Shown here: positions 1-9,975 of the stretch, one piece after another
How positions within the stretch are numbered: the first letter of the stretch is position 1
Layout of the letters: each line of letters begins with the position of its first letter
Source of the DNA: Candidatus Thiodiazotropha sp. (ex Epidulcina cf. delphinae)
Lineage (GTDB): Bacteria; Pseudomonadota; Gammaproteobacteria; Chromatiales; Chromatiaceae
Length of the DNA stretch: 64,000 nt
Reading direction: 5' to 3'
Assembly (NCBI GenBank): GCA_025656505.1
Contig: JAHXHR010000003.1
Coordinates: 1,051-65,050, forward strand
The notes under the pieces: generated by a model
What the model saw: the letters and a program-made list of their open reading frames with translations, nothing else
Told to the model about the DNA's origin: nothing
Databases searched by the model: none
Translations under genes and position numbers: made by a program

Positions 1-1566
1 GGCGTTCTGAGCGAACTCGCGGCCGGTACGCTCCAGGTCGGCGCGTTTGACACCGGTGACCTTCTCGGCCCAGGCCGGCGTGTAGGGCATACGCTCATCG
101 TCGTAGGAGATCGCCAGATTATCGCCCAGGCCGCGGTCGATACCGTACTGGGCCACCTGCAGATCGAACACCGAGGTAACCAGAACCTCTTTACCGGAGG
201 CCAGTTTCAGCTTACGGACCGGGATATTGCGCACCAGGGTATCGCCGTCATCCGGGTTGAAATGAGGGAAGGTGACCGCTACCACCGCATCTTTACTGTC
301 AATACAGCTAAGCTCCGCTTCAATCTCGAGCTGATCTTGACCGCCTTTCTCGAGAAGATTCCACTTACCCTCTTCTCCCCAACGAAAGCCGACGGATCCG
401 TTGGGCGCCACGAAGGCGTCGCTGTTGCTATCGAACACCACGGTCTTCCACTCGGGATTGTTGGTCTCGCCCATGCCGTCGTCGAAATCGGAGGCGCGCA
501 GGAAGCGGTCGGAGACATAACGGTCACCGTCCTTGCGTAACATCAACTGCATCGGCAGGTCGGTGTATTTCCGCACGTATTCGGTGAAGTAAGGATCCTG
601 CTTGTCGATATGGAACTCTTTGAGCGCCACATGCCCCATGGCCATGAAGGCAGCGGCGTCGGTGCCCTGCTTTACCGGCATCCACAGGTCAGCGAACTTC
701 ACATACTCGGCGTAGTCCGGCGCCATGGAGACCACCTTGGTGCCGTTGTAACGGGACTCTATGGCGAAGTGGGCATCCGGGGTACGGGTCATGGGCAGGT
801 TGGCGCCGCAAACGATCAGGTATTTGGAGTTGTACCAGTCCGCCGCTTCCGGCACATCGGTCTGTTCACCCCACACTTGCGGCGAGGCGGCCGGCAGATC
901 GCAGTACCAGTCGTAAAAAGAGCCGCAGGCAGCGCCGATCAGAGAGAGGTAACGCGAACCGGCGGCATAGCTGATCATCGACATCGCGGGGATGGGAGAG
1001 AAGCCGTAGATCCGGTCCGGTCCCCACTTTTTGATGGTGTAGATGTTGGCGGCGGCAATGATCTCGGTCATCTCCTCCCAATCGGCACGGACGAAGCCGC
1101 CCAGACCACGCACTGCGGTATACTTCTTGCGCTTTTCCGGATCGCTCTGGATCGCCTCCCAGGCCTCCACCGGGTCCTTGCCCGCCGCCTTCTCTTTGCG
1201 GTACAGCTCCACCAGGCGGCCGCGCACCAATGGGTACTTGATGCGGTGCGGGCTGTACAGGTACCAGGAGAAGGAAGCGCCGCGCTGGCAGCCCCGAGGC
1301 TCATGGTTGGGCAGGTCGGGGCGGGTGCGCGGGTAGTCGGTCTGCTGCATCTCGTAGGCGACCAGACCGTTCTTGACATAGATCTTCCAAGAACAACCAC
1401 CGGTACAGTTCACCCCGTGGGTGGAACGCACCACTTTGTCGTGACGCCAGCGATTGCGGTAGCTGTCTTCCCACTGGCGGTCTTCCGTGGTGACGATACC
1501 GTGACCGCCTGCATAGGTACTCTCTACTTTCTTGAAATATTTCAGTCGATCGAGAAAGTGACTCAT
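1..1566 (-). CDS. narG: respiratory nitrate reductase alpha subunit NarG, N-terminal 522 codons (gene continues beyond window start)
   Basis: Minus frame is open from the window edge to ATG 1564-1566, so it is absent from the ORF track. Own translation MSHFLDRLKYFKKVESTYAGGHGIVTTEDRQWEDSYRNRWRHDKVVRSTHGVNCTGGCSWKIYVKNG... is collinear with the E. coli NarG N-terminus, including the H-x3-C-x3-C FS0 motif. It follows two narK genes as in narK1K2GHJI operons. Confidence 0.95.
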   Translation of the reverse strand, partial: MSHFLDRLKYFKKVESTYAGGHGIVTTEDRQWEDSYRNRWRHDKVVRSTHGVNCTGGCSWKIYVKNGLVAYEMQQTDYPRTRPDLPNHEPRGCQRGASFSWYLYSPHRIKYPLVRGRLVELYRKEKAAGKDPVEAWEAIQSDPEKRKKYTAVRGLGGFVRADWEEMTEIIAAANIYTIKKWGPDRIYGFSPIPAMSMISYAAGSRYLSLIGAACGSFYDWYCDLPAASPQVWGEQTDVPEAADWYNSKYLIVCGANLPMTRTPDAHFAIESRYNGTKVVSMAPDYAEYVKFADLWMPVKQGTDAAAFMAMGHVALKEFHIDKQDPYFTEYVRKYTDLPMQLMLRKDGDRYVSDRFLRASDFDDGMGETNNPEWKTVVFDSNSDAFVAPNGSVGFRWGEEGKWNLLEKGGQDQLEIEAELSCIDSKDAVVAVTFPHFNPDDGDTLVRNIPVRKLKLASGKEVLVTSVFDLQVAQYGIDRGLGDNLAISYDDERMPYTPAWAEKVTGVKRADLERTGREFAQNA

Positions 1567-1705
1567 TTTTATGTTCTCCCATGGGGCGTCACAAAAAATG
1601 CCGTCCCGCTATATCGGTTGGGGTGGGCCTGTCAAGGTCGGAGGGGTCCGCACGAAACCTTGGGTTAGATGCAGACCCACCGACATTCCGGAAATAAAAC
1701 CGTTC

Positions 1706-3310
1706 TCAGGGGTTCTTGATATCCGCCTTGGGACCCAGGTAGTACCACCAATTCAGGATCAAACAGATCAGGTAGAAAACGGCAAACCCGTAGAGTGCGA
1801 CTTCAGGGGTTGCCAGATTGATCTGCTCACCGAACACCTTGGGGATGATGAAGGCGCCGTAGGCGGCCACCGCCGAGGTCCAACCCAGGGCCGGACCCGC
1901 CTGCTCCTTGGGAAACACCATGGCGATGGTGCGGAAAGTGGAGCCGTTGCCGATGCCGGTCGCCGCAAACAGCACCAGGAACAACAGCAGGAAAGGCACG
2001 AAGAACGCTTCCGGAGTACCTGACTGGTAGGCCTGCTGCATGTAGTAGGCAACACCGAGCGCGGAACCGATCATCACGATGGAAACTATCTGGGTCACCT
2101 TGGCGCCGCCCACCTTATCAGCGATCCAGCCGCCGATCGGGCGGATCAGTGCACCGATGAAGGGTCCCATCCAGGCATACATCAGGGCGGAAGGACCGTT
2201 GGGATTGGCCAAGTCGTGGGTCATCACACCATCCACCATCACGTGCTGATAGCCGAACACCACCTTGATCGCCAGGGCAAAACCGGCGGAGTAGCCGATG
2301 AAGCTGCCGAAGGTCATGGTGTAGATGATGCTCATAATCCAGGTGTGCTTGTTGCCGAAGATTTTGAACTGGCGCTGCAGATTCGGCTTGATATCGCCTG
2401 GGATCATCTTCATCAGCATCACGGTGCCGAACAGGATGCCGGCGATGACCGGCCATTTGGCCCAACCGGGCGCACCCAGGCCGGTTGGAGCGGGCAGGAT
2501 GATGTAGAGACCGGCGGCGGCGGTGATGAAGCCGATCATCAGCATGCCGATGATCTTGGACATTGCGCCTGCCGGCGAACCGATATGCGGAGAGACCTCC
2601 TCGGTACGCAGGTTGTTCATGCCGAACCAGCCGGCTATTGCCAGCGGTATCAGCAGCAGCAGCCAGACATAACCGGAATTGTGAATATAGGTTTCAGCAC
2701 CCGCTGGAATCTTCCCGATCAGAGTGCCGGAGGTATTCTGCAGGATCATCGGCTCGCCACCGAAGATGCCGAAGGTCATCACCAGGGGCACCAGGATCTG
2801 CATGGTGGTGACACCGGCGTTACCCAGGCCCGCATTCAGACCAAGCGCCAATCCCTGCATCCGCTTCGGAAAGAAGAAGCTGATATTAGACATCGATGAT
2901 GCGAAGTTACCGCCGCCAAAGCCGGAGAGAAAGGCCAGGATCTGGAACATCCACAGCGGTGTATTCTGATCCTGCAGTGCATAACCGGTACCGAGGGCCG
3001 GCAGCATCAGCAACGCCGTGGTGAAGAAGATGGTATTCCTGCCGCCTGCGATGCGGATAAAAAAGCTCGAGGGAATACGCAGCGTGGCGCCTGTCAGGCC
3101 GGCGATGGCAGCCAGGGTAAACAGCTCGGTTTTGGCGAAGGGGAAGCCAAGGTTGAGCATCTGCACCGTGATGATGCCCCAGTAGAGCCAGACCGCAAAT
3201 CCGCACAGCAGACTCGGGATCGATATCCAAAGGTTGCGGTTGGCGACCTTTTTACCGGAAGACTCCCAAAACCGAACGTCTTCCGGGTTCCAGGTTTTTA
3301 TATCAGCCAT
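1706..3310 (-). CDS. narK: MFS nitrate/nitrite porter (NarK2-type)
   Basis: 534-aa polytopic ORF with ATG at 3310. Nitrate-nitrite porter signatures GLNAGLGNAGV and ATGIGNGSTFR. Sits directly upstream of narG. Confidence 0.9.
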   Translation of the reverse strand: MADIKTWNPEDVRFWESSGKKVANRNLWISIPSLLCGFAVWLYWGIITVQMLNLGFPFAKTELFTLAAIAGLTGATLRIPSSFFIRIAGGRNTIFFTTALLMLPALGTGYALQDQNTPLWMFQILAFLSGFGGGNFASSMSNISFFFPKRMQGLALGLNAGLGNAGVTTMQILVPLVMTFGIFGGEPMILQNTSGTLIGKIPAGAETYIHNSGYVWLLLLIPLAIAGWFGMNNLRTEEVSPHIGSPAGAMSKIIGMLMIGFITAAAGLYIILPAPTGLGAPGWAKWPVIAGILFGTVMLMKMIPGDIKPNLQRQFKIFGNKHTWIMSIIYTMTFGSFIGYSAGFALAIKVVFGYQHVMVDGVMTHDLANPNGPSALMYAWMGPFIGALIRPIGGWIADKVGGAKVTQIVSIVMIGSALGVAYYMQQAYQSGTPEAFFVPFLLLFLVLFAATGIGNGSTFRTIAMVFPKEQAGPALGWTSAVAAYGAFIIPKVFGEQINLATPEVALYGFAVFYLICLILNWWYYLGPKADIKNP

Positions 3311-3356
3311 TACTTAACTCCTCTTCTGCAATCAGCGTAGTACTTTCAAAAATAGG

Positions 3357-4796
3357 TTATTCAAGAACATCCGCCGACCTTGCCAGAAGCCGGCCGGAGC
3401 GGATATTCTCCGCCTCTGCCTCCGCCGCTTTTCGTGCTGCGGCGTACTTCTCCATCAATTGTTCCAGCAGTGCGGCCTGCTCGACTGCGGCTCGGGCCGC
3501 TGCATACTCTTGGGGATTCTCATGGGCGCGGACATAGGCATCGTAGGCATGCTTCCGGGCGATCTTCCTACCCTCCTCCTGATGCTCCTTGGCGAAGGTG
3601 TAATGCATCCAAATCAGGGAGACGCAGGTAGCGCCGTAGAGCAGCATGAAGACCACGCTGTTGATGCCGGTCAGATCGATCAGAGCACCGAACATGATGG
3701 GCAACAGAAAACCGCCCATGCCGCCGGCGAGGCCTACGATACCGGAGACCACGCCGATGTCCTCGGGGTATTCGTCAGACAGGAACTTGAACACCGATGC
3801 CTTGCCGAAGCCCCAGGCCAAACCTACGACAAACAGCAGAGCGGTGAAGACCCAGACATTGAGTCCGATGCCGATACTGACCTCGCCGTTGAGGGTCTTC
3901 ACCACCATCTCGGTCTGCGGATAAGACATGATGAACAGGCAAACCCAGGAGATCCACATCACCCACCAGGTCACACGGTAGGCTCCGAATTTATCGGAAA
4001 ACCAACCGCCCAAGGCCCGGATCACCCCGGAGGGCAGCACGAAGATGGCTGCCAGTAATGCCGCAGTGGTGATATCGAAACCGTACTCGGCGATGTAGTA
4101 CTTGGTCATCCACAGCGAAAGACCGACAAACCCGCCAAACACCAGCGAGTAATACTGCATGTATTTCCAGATACGCGGATCCCTTAGCAGGCGCAGTTGG
4201 TCTCGCAAAGTCACGTGAGAACCGACCTTGTGCGCTGGATCCTCATAAGTGAACATCCAGAAAACCACCACCACCACAAACATAGCGATGGCATAGACCG
4301 TGGGCACTGTTTGCCAACCGTACGCCACCACGAGGGAGGGGGCGACGAATTTGGTCACGGCGGCGCCGGCGTTGCCGGCGCCGAAAATCCCCATCGCAAA
4401 ACCCTGCTTCCCCTTGCTGAACCAACGTGCGGTATAGGCGATGCCGACCGAAAAAGAGGCGCCGGCAATGCCGACAAACAGCCCGAGAACCAGGAACTGC
4501 CAATACTGGGTGGCCGAACCGATCAGGTAGAGCGGCAGAATGGTGGCGAGCATCAGGATGAAATAGACGATTCGCCCACCAAACTTGTCGGTCAGTATCC
4601 CCACCGGCAAACGCATCAGCGAACCGGTCAGAATAGGAGTGGCTATCAGTATCCCGAACTGGGTCTCATTCAACATCAGCAGTTCTTTGATCGGGATACC
4701 GATAATGGAAAACATCACCCACACCGCAAAACAGGCAGTGAATGCGAGAGTGTTCATGGTGAGAACCGAAAGTTGTTTCGTCCTCTGCGAAGCCAT
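3357..4796 (-). CDS. narK: MFS nitrate/nitrite porter (NarK1-type) with Ala/Glu-rich C-terminal tail
   Basis: ORF 3357..4874 trimmed to ATG 4796, which is preceded by GAAGGAG. MFS body with GIFGAGNAGAAV and GLAGGMGGF motifs. About 75 C-terminal residues follow the last TM segment. Confidence 0.85.
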   Translation of the reverse strand: MASQRTKQLSVLTMNTLAFTACFAVWVMFSIIGIPIKELLMLNETQFGILIATPILTGSLMRLPVGILTDKFGGRIVYFILMLATILPLYLIGSATQYWQFLVLGLFVGIAGASFSVGIAYTARWFSKGKQGFAMGIFGAGNAGAAVTKFVAPSLVVAYGWQTVPTVYAIAMFVVVVVFWMFTYEDPAHKVGSHVTLRDQLRLLRDPRIWKYMQYYSLVFGGFVGLSLWMTKYYIAEYGFDITTAALLAAIFVLPSGVIRALGGWFSDKFGAYRVTWWVMWISWVCLFIMSYPQTEMVVKTLNGEVSIGIGLNVWVFTALLFVVGLAWGFGKASVFKFLSDEYPEDIGVVSGIVGLAGGMGGFLLPIMFGALIDLTGINSVVFMLLYGATCVSLIWMHYTFAKEHQEEGRKIARKHAYDAYVRAHENPQEYAAARAAVEQAALLEQLMEKYAAARKAAEAEAENIRSGRLLARSADVLE

Positions 4797-4860
4797 CAAT
4801 ATGCTCCTTCGTAACTCGAATTGTGCAGACAGCATAAAACACGGAAATAAAGTATGTCTA

Positions 4861-4874
4861 TTGATGCAAATCAA
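4861..4874. promoter_or_regulatory. FNR/ANR-type box TTGAT-N4-ATCAA
   Basis: Perfect TTGATGCAAATCAA, 65-78 nt upstream of the narK1 ATG in the narK/narX divergent region. Matches the established FNR consensus. Confidence 0.7.
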
Positions 4875-5102
4875 GTCTGATTTACGGCCGGAACTCTTTC
4901 TACCACTTTTGTATTAGTAGGAGTGCCACCCTATAACCCTTTGATTAAATTGTTATTTCTCGTTAGGGTTGACCTGTAGGGCTAAATGATCTGAGAATGG
5001 GCAGGGGAATAAGGATTAATCCCATTAACCCAGTCCACAGTAAGGTCTTGTATCGTCTCGATAATGTTTTTTATATCGGAGACCCCTTCTTGAGGTCGCT
5101 TC

Positions 5103-7013
5103 ATGCTCGGCTATTTACGACACTCTCTGCTACTACGCGCCGGTCTGGCGATGGGAGTGGTTACCGTGTTGGCCATAGCGGGTATGGCGAGTGCGGTCTA
5201 TATCGCCCGGTCCACTCATGGCGAAGCCGCCGCAGTCAACCTGGCGGGCAGCCTTCGCATGCAGTGTTACAAGATAACGGCCATACTTGAGGCGGGGCAC
5301 CGCATTGGCCCTGATCTTGCTCATCAAGTCACTCAACTGACAACGGAATTTCAGCAACGCCTCGAAAAATCGTCCTTAACCAAGGTAATCATCAATTCCC
5401 AACGTAAATCACTGCAGCAAGCCTACGCCCAGATAAAACACCAATGGCAAGGCTCCGTGTTGCCTTTGGTGCAAAGCTATATCGATCAGATCTCCGCGCC
5501 TTATACGAACGACAGCCTGGATCAGACGCGGCGGATGTTCCGCATCCTGATTGCGAATTATGTGGCCGATATCGACCACATGGTCCACCTCCTGGAAGAA
5601 GATGCGGAATCCCGCATCCACATGCTGGGGCTTATTCAGGGGATCAACCTGATGCTAACCCTGACGGTCGCGATCATTACCCTCTATCTCTTGTATACCG
5701 ATGTCATCAACCCACTGCACGACATGCTCAGCTCTGCCGAACGAGCCGGTCAAGGGGATTTCAGTGTGCGGGTCGGACATGTGGGCGACGATGAATTGGG
5801 ACGCTTGAGCCAAGCCTTCAATACCATGACCGCAGACCTGTCAAAGATATACAGTGAGCTGGAGAACCGGGTGGCGGAAAAAACAGAGGAACTGAGTCAA
5901 AGCAACCGTTCACTGGAACTGCTTTACCACACTTCCCAACATCTCACCGAGGCGCCGGTAGCTAAGGTCATCTACCGTAAAATACTCAAGGAGATCCAAC
6001 GAGTGGTGGGAGGCGGCAGGATAACCCTTTGCCTCAAGGATGAAGAGAATAACTGCGCCTATCATACCGCACCGAGCGAGTCCCTCCCCCTGATGTGTGA
6101 AACCGAGGAATGCTCGCTCTGCCTGAGTGATGAAAGGACCCGGCAATTCGATAGCACTAAATCCGGCAAAGGACTTACCGTCCTGTCAGTACCGGTGTGC
6201 GATCAGGAACACGGCTACGGCGTACTACTGATCGAACCGCAGCCGAATCATTCGCTCGAACTCTGGCAGGTGCAAATGCTTGAGACCGTGGGAAAGCACA
6301 TAGGCATATCGGTTGGGATCGCTCGCCGAGTTATTCAACGCCGTCGCCTTGCATTACTCGACGAGCGTAGCGTAATCGCCCGTGAACTGCATGATTCACT
6401 GGCCCAGTCCCTCTCTTACCTGAAGATCCAGGTGGCCCGCCTTACCATACTGCGCGCAAGAGGCGCCGATGACCAACCGATCGATGAAGTGCTTAGCGAA
6501 CTGAAGGAAGGGCTCAGTGCAGCCTACCACCAGTTGCGCGAATTGCTCACCACTTTTCGCCTGCAGATCGATGGGGATGGTCTAGCATCGATGTTGAGTG
6601 AAACGGTCACCGATTTCAATACCCGTGACGAAGTCGAAATCACACTAGACAATCAGATCAGAGGAGGGGTATTCAGCGTCAATGAGGAGATCCATGTATT
6701 GCAGATTGTGCGCGAGGCCCTCTCCAACGTAATACATCACTCAGGCGCCACTCATGCTCAGGTGCGGCTAAGCGAAGAACCATCTGATCAGGACATTCTT
6801 GTCAGTGTAGAGGATGACGGCATCGGTATCCCCACAGAAGCCGAGCGCATCCATCACTATGGTCTTGCCATCATGCATGAGCGCGCCATATCACTAAACG
6901 GTGATTTAAAGATCGAGCGCCTGGCCGACGGGGGAACCCGAGTCTGCCTGAACTTCATCCCCAGCGGGGATCAATCCAACAAACCACAACCTCAGGAATA
7001 TCCAGCATCATGA
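5103..7013 (+). CDS. narX: nitrate/nitrite sensor histidine kinase NarX
   Basis: 636 aa. Two N-terminal TM segments flank a P-box-like LAGSLRMQCYKI. H-box ARELHDSLAQSLSYLKIQ plus a HATPase domain. 4-nt overlap with narL. Confidence 0.9.
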   Translation: MLGYLRHSLLLRAGLAMGVVTVLAIAGMASAVYIARSTHGEAAAVNLAGSLRMQCYKITAILEAGHRIGPDLAHQVTQLTTEFQQRLEKSSLTKVIINSQRKSLQQAYAQIKHQWQGSVLPLVQSYIDQISAPYTNDSLDQTRRMFRILIANYVADIDHMVHLLEEDAESRIHMLGLIQGINLMLTLTVAIITLYLLYTDVINPLHDMLSSAERAGQGDFSVRVGHVGDDELGRLSQAFNTMTADLSKIYSELENRVAEKTEELSQSNRSLELLYHTSQHLTEAPVAKVIYRKILKEIQRVVGGGRITLCLKDEENNCAYHTAPSESLPLMCETEECSLCLSDERTRQFDSTKSGKGLTVLSVPVCDQEHGYGVLLIEPQPNHSLELWQVQMLETVGKHIGISVGIARRVIQRRRLALLDERSVIARELHDSLAQSLSYLKIQVARLTILRARGADDQPIDEVLSELKEGLSAAYHQLRELLTTFRLQIDGDGLASMLSETVTDFNTRDEVEITLDNQIRGGVFSVNEEIHVLQIVREALSNVIHHSGATHAQVRLSEEPSDQDILVSVEDDGIGIPTEAERIHHYGLAIMHERAISLNGDLKIERLADGGTRVCLNFIPSGDQSNKPQPQEYPAS

Positions 7014-7666
7014 GCGCCAGAGAGACCCTACGAGTCGTGGTCATCGACGACCACCCGTTGTTGCGAAAAGGACTGCAGCAACTGGCGGACCTTAGCCCTG
7101 ACATCGAAATTGTCGGTGAAGTGGATGACGGCGCTGCCGGACTGATCATGGTACAAAAACTGAAACCGGACCTTGTCCTGCTTGATCTCAACATGCCGGG
7201 AATGAACGGCCAGGAAACACTGATAGCCCTGAAGCAGATGGACCTGGACACTCGCGTGGTCATCCTCACCGTTTCAAATGCAGAGGAAGATATCGTTGCC
7301 GCCCTGCGTGGCGGGGCGGATGGCTATCTGCTGAAAGATATGGATCCGGAGCTGTTACTTGATAACTTCCGTGAAGTCGCAAATGGCCGCCTAGTCATGT
7401 CTCCCAACATCGCCGAATGTCTTATCAGAGCGCTGCGGACTGATAAAAGAGGCATGGGAGTAACCAACATATCCGAACTTACCAAACGCGAGTGCGAAAT
7501 TCTCGTACATATCAGCGGCGGCGAAAGCAACAAGGTGATCGCACGCAAGCTCGATATTGCAGAGGCGACGGTAAAAGTGCATGTCAAACACCTGCTGAAA
7601 AAGCTTGGATTGAAATCAAGGGTCGAGGCTGCGGTGTGGGCGGTAAACCAGAAGGTTACGCTTTAA
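7010..7666 (+). CDS. narL: nitrate/nitrite response regulator NarL (receiver + LuxR-type HTH)
   Basis: 218 aa. Receiver region VVIDDHPLLRKG...LLDLNMPGMNG. HTH LTKRECEILVHISGGESNKVIARKLDIAEATVKVHVKHLLKKL. Confidence 0.9.
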   Translation: MSARETLRVVVIDDHPLLRKGLQQLADLSPDIEIVGEVDDGAAGLIMVQKLKPDLVLLDLNMPGMNGQETLIALKQMDLDTRVVILTVSNAEEDIVAALRGGADGYLLKDMDPELLLDNFREVANGRLVMSPNIAECLIRALRTDKRGMGVTNISELTKRECEILVHISGGESNKVIARKLDIAEATVKVHVKHLLKKLGLKSRVEAAVWAVNQKVTL

Positions 7667-7791
7667 CCCGGTTCTCTAACGCCTGACGACTCCTATCATC
7701 GCCTCCTTTCGTACCTACCCATCAATCAACACGTTACCACGTTGCAATTCCCGGCCCGTGGCTAGCCCGGACAGGCTTTCATCCTACAAGA

Positions 7792-8073
7792 TTACGCGGT
7801 ATTGCCAGGCCGCAACGAGTGAGTATCCGGAATATTCGTTTCCGCCTTTTTCACGCGAATTTTATTGCCACCGATATCCCGGGCATTAAGCCCCTTGATC
7901 GCTATCTTGGCCTCACCAACACGTGGCATTTCAACGAAACCAAAGCCCTTGGATTTCCCTGTCGCTTTATCCGTCACCACCTTGCAGTACTGCACATCTC
8001 CATACTCTTTGAATAAGGTCAACAGCTCAGCTTCCGTCGTTTCTCGGGACAAATTACGCACTATAATTTTCAT
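7792..8073 (-). CDS. small RRM-type RNA-binding protein
   Basis: ORF trimmed to ATG 8073. MKIIVRNL (RNP-2) and KGFGFVEM (RNP-1) motifs. Confidence 0.8.
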   Translation of the reverse strand: MKIIVRNLSRETTEAELLTLFKEYGDVQYCKVVTDKATGKSKGFGFVEMPRVGEAKIAIKGLNARDIGGNKIRVKKAETNIPDTHSLRPGNTA

Positions 8074-8139
8074 GTTTGCAGTAACCAATGGGGTCTAGTG
8101 AGTGAAGTGATTGTTATCAAATGACGCTATAACCCCCCC

Positions 8140-8397
8140 CTATAAAAGAGGGTGGCCTTTTGGTAGCTGTTTTGCATACCAGATGGCGAGTTTATGTTTC
8201 ATGGTCTGTTGCGATACCTGATCCTCAGGCAAGGCTTGAATGATTTTATCGTGTACCAATAGCCGGTAGATGTACAAGATTTTTTCGCTTGCCGAGTCCG
8301 TCGGCTCAAACACCGCAGCCCCTCGCGTCTCGGCATATTTCACACCCGCAATAATCGCGCCCTTGACCAACTCGGCTTTATTTTTAAGTTTCTTCAT
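8140..8397 (-). CDS. hypothetical 85-aa protein
   Basis: ATG 8397 with AGAGA 7 nt upstream. No motif recognised. Region is more AT-rich than its flanks. Confidence 0.45.
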   Translation of the reverse strand: MKKLKNKAELVKGAIIAGVKYAETRGAAVFEPTDSASEKILYIYRLLVHDKIIQALPEDQVSQQTMKHKLAIWYAKQLPKGHPLL

Positions 8398-8600
8398 AAG
8401 AAGTCTCTGGTATTCATTTGATTTTATGATTAATTATGACTCAAGTTTCGGAGTTCGTCCTGTTCCCATATTCTACGAGCTTCGTAGATACGCTGTTCCA
8501 ATGTAAGTCATTTTAGAGCCTAATGACTGATCTTTCAGTGCTCGGTATCCGCGACAGGAATAACATAGAAACGAGTTGAATTTGAACGCCGAAACTTGAG

Positions 8601-8680
8601 TTAATATGTAATTTATAGAATATTAGCAAAGTGCAAAGTATTACCCGGCAATGCTGAACGCGCCCTCGCACCGATCTCGT
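8601..8680. repeat. MITE-D partial copy (AT-rich end plus GTATTACCCGGCAATGCTGAACGCGCCCTCGCACCGATCTCGTC)
   Basis: Aligns by eye with 43880-43960 and with the reverse complement of 53700-53780. Confidence 0.7.
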
Positions 8681-8766
8681 CTTTGTTGTAGCGTTCGTGA
8701 TGCCGTTTGCACCTTGATACCCTTGGTAACAGAATACAGGCTGGCGGTATTCGCGGGTTTCCTGAA

Positions 8767-8788
8767 CCTAAAAACCGCAGTTGACCGC
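8767..8788. repeat. MITE-A solo terminal repeat
   Basis: CCTAAAAACCGCAGTTGACCGC, identical to the ends of 50038-50305 and 54273-54509. Lies 28 nt upstream of the cbiX-like ATG. Confidence 0.75.
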
Positions 8789-8815
8789 GTCAGACCACCA
8801 TTGGACTCCCGGGCC

Positions 8816-9646
8816 ATGAAGAGACCGACACTCCTGTTGCTCGATAACGGCTCCAGCCGCGCCGAGTCGGCACGCTACCTACGACGCTTGGCCGATGAAC
8901 TGAGCCATGTCAGCGGTCAGACCGTCTATCCCGTTTCCCTACAGCATGCCGATAAAATACCCACTGACATGCTCGACGGCAGAGCGGCGGATACATTCGC
9001 GCCTTTCCTGCGACAAAAATTAACCGGCGGCATACGGGAATTCCTGGCAGTGCCGCTATTCTTCGGTGTCGGCCGAGCCCTCACCTCATTCATCCCCGAC
9101 CAGGTGAAATCGCTTCAAGCGGAGTTCGGGGCGTTCACCCTGCGACTAACCGATGTACTCTACCCCCTCCCCGCCGGTGAACCCCGGCTGGCGGGGATCC
9201 TCTGTGATCAGGTTTCCGCTATCCTCCAGGAGACACCTTTACCGCGCGTGATTCTGGTAGACCACGGTTCTCCGACTCCATCCGTGACAGAGGTACGCAG
9301 ACGTGTAGCCGGGGACATGCGCCGCATTCTGCCGCCCGGAGTCGGTTTGGAAGAGGCTGTGATGGAGCGGCGCAACAGCCGTGAGTACGATTTTAACGGA
9401 GCGCTATTGGAACCGTTACTGGAACGCACCGTTCCAGCCGTCAACGACAAACCCGTCGCCCTCTCGCTGCTGTTTCTCTCCCCCGGCCGTCATGCAGGCC
9501 GCAACGGCGACATCGTAAGGATCTGCGCCGACCTCGAGCAACGCCATCCAGGATTGAAAATCCACATCAGCCGTCTGGTGGGTGACCACCCCGGACTTGT
9601 CGACATCCTCTATGATCGATTGAAGACAGGCCTTAGAATAGCATGA
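8816..9646 (+). CDS. CbiX-like sirohydrochlorin chelatase (two-domain)
   Basis: ORF trimmed to ATG 8816 (MKRPTLLLLDNGS...). The second half carries VILVDHGSP and LLFLSPGRHAG motifs typical of CbiX. Confidence 0.65.
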   Translation: MKRPTLLLLDNGSSRAESARYLRRLADELSHVSGQTVYPVSLQHADKIPTDMLDGRAADTFAPFLRQKLTGGIREFLAVPLFFGVGRALTSFIPDQVKSLQAEFGAFTLRLTDVLYPLPAGEPRLAGILCDQVSAILQETPLPRVILVDHGSPTPSVTEVRRRVAGDMRRILPPGVGLEEAVMERRNSREYDFNGALLEPLLERTVPAVNDKPVALSLLFLSPGRHAGRNGDIVRICADLEQRHPGLKIHISRLVGDHPGLVDILYDRLKTGLRIA

Positions 9647-9695
9647 CGATTCCGCCGTTCATTCACAGGTATCCATAGACTATTAACCCGGCGAC

Positions 9696-9862
9696 CTAGG
9701 GGGCGTTCTCAATCATCGTTCGCGGCGTGATTCCGGCCCTTTTCCGCGCTGGCGGCGTTGCGATTCGTTGCAATAGAATGACTATTACGCCTCATCGCGC
9801 CTTGCCGGCACGAAAAATGACTCAGAATCACGCTCACTCAGCTAATTGAGAACGCCCCCTAA
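9696..9862. mobile_element. MITE-C copy 1 (167 bp, TIR CTAGGGGGCGTTCTCAAT)
   Basis: Near-identical to 14322-14488 (inverted) and 45819-45986. Terminal inverted repeats are visible. Nested inside hairpin arms 9681-9695 / 9866-9880. Confidence 0.9.
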
Positions 9863-9975
9863 TATGTTGCCGGGTTAATAAACTGGTTTGCGGTTCTTCG
9901 TCTTTTCCGGAATGCCGCACACTAAGGATTAGGTTTTCACAATAACCGCTTTTCGAGGATGCCAGCGATATCATC

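Noticed and set aside
610-1668. 352-aa plus-strand ORF, and other ORFs at 866..1400, opposite narG
   Set aside because: They lie antisense to an unambiguous NarG reading frame. The product is Gly/Arg/His-rich and low-complexity, as is typical of shadow ORFs in GC-rich DNA.
2216-4814. Plus-strand ORFs of 199-227 aa opposite the two narK genes
   Set aside because: Shadow ORFs antisense to clear 12-TM MFS genes, with no motifs or RBS.
4901-4919. Possible NarL heptamer pair TACCACT-N5-ATTAGTA in the narK/narX intergenic region
   Set aside because: Each heptamer has a mismatch to TACYYMT, and the spacing is 5 rather than the 7-2-7 arrangement. Too weak to call without binding data.
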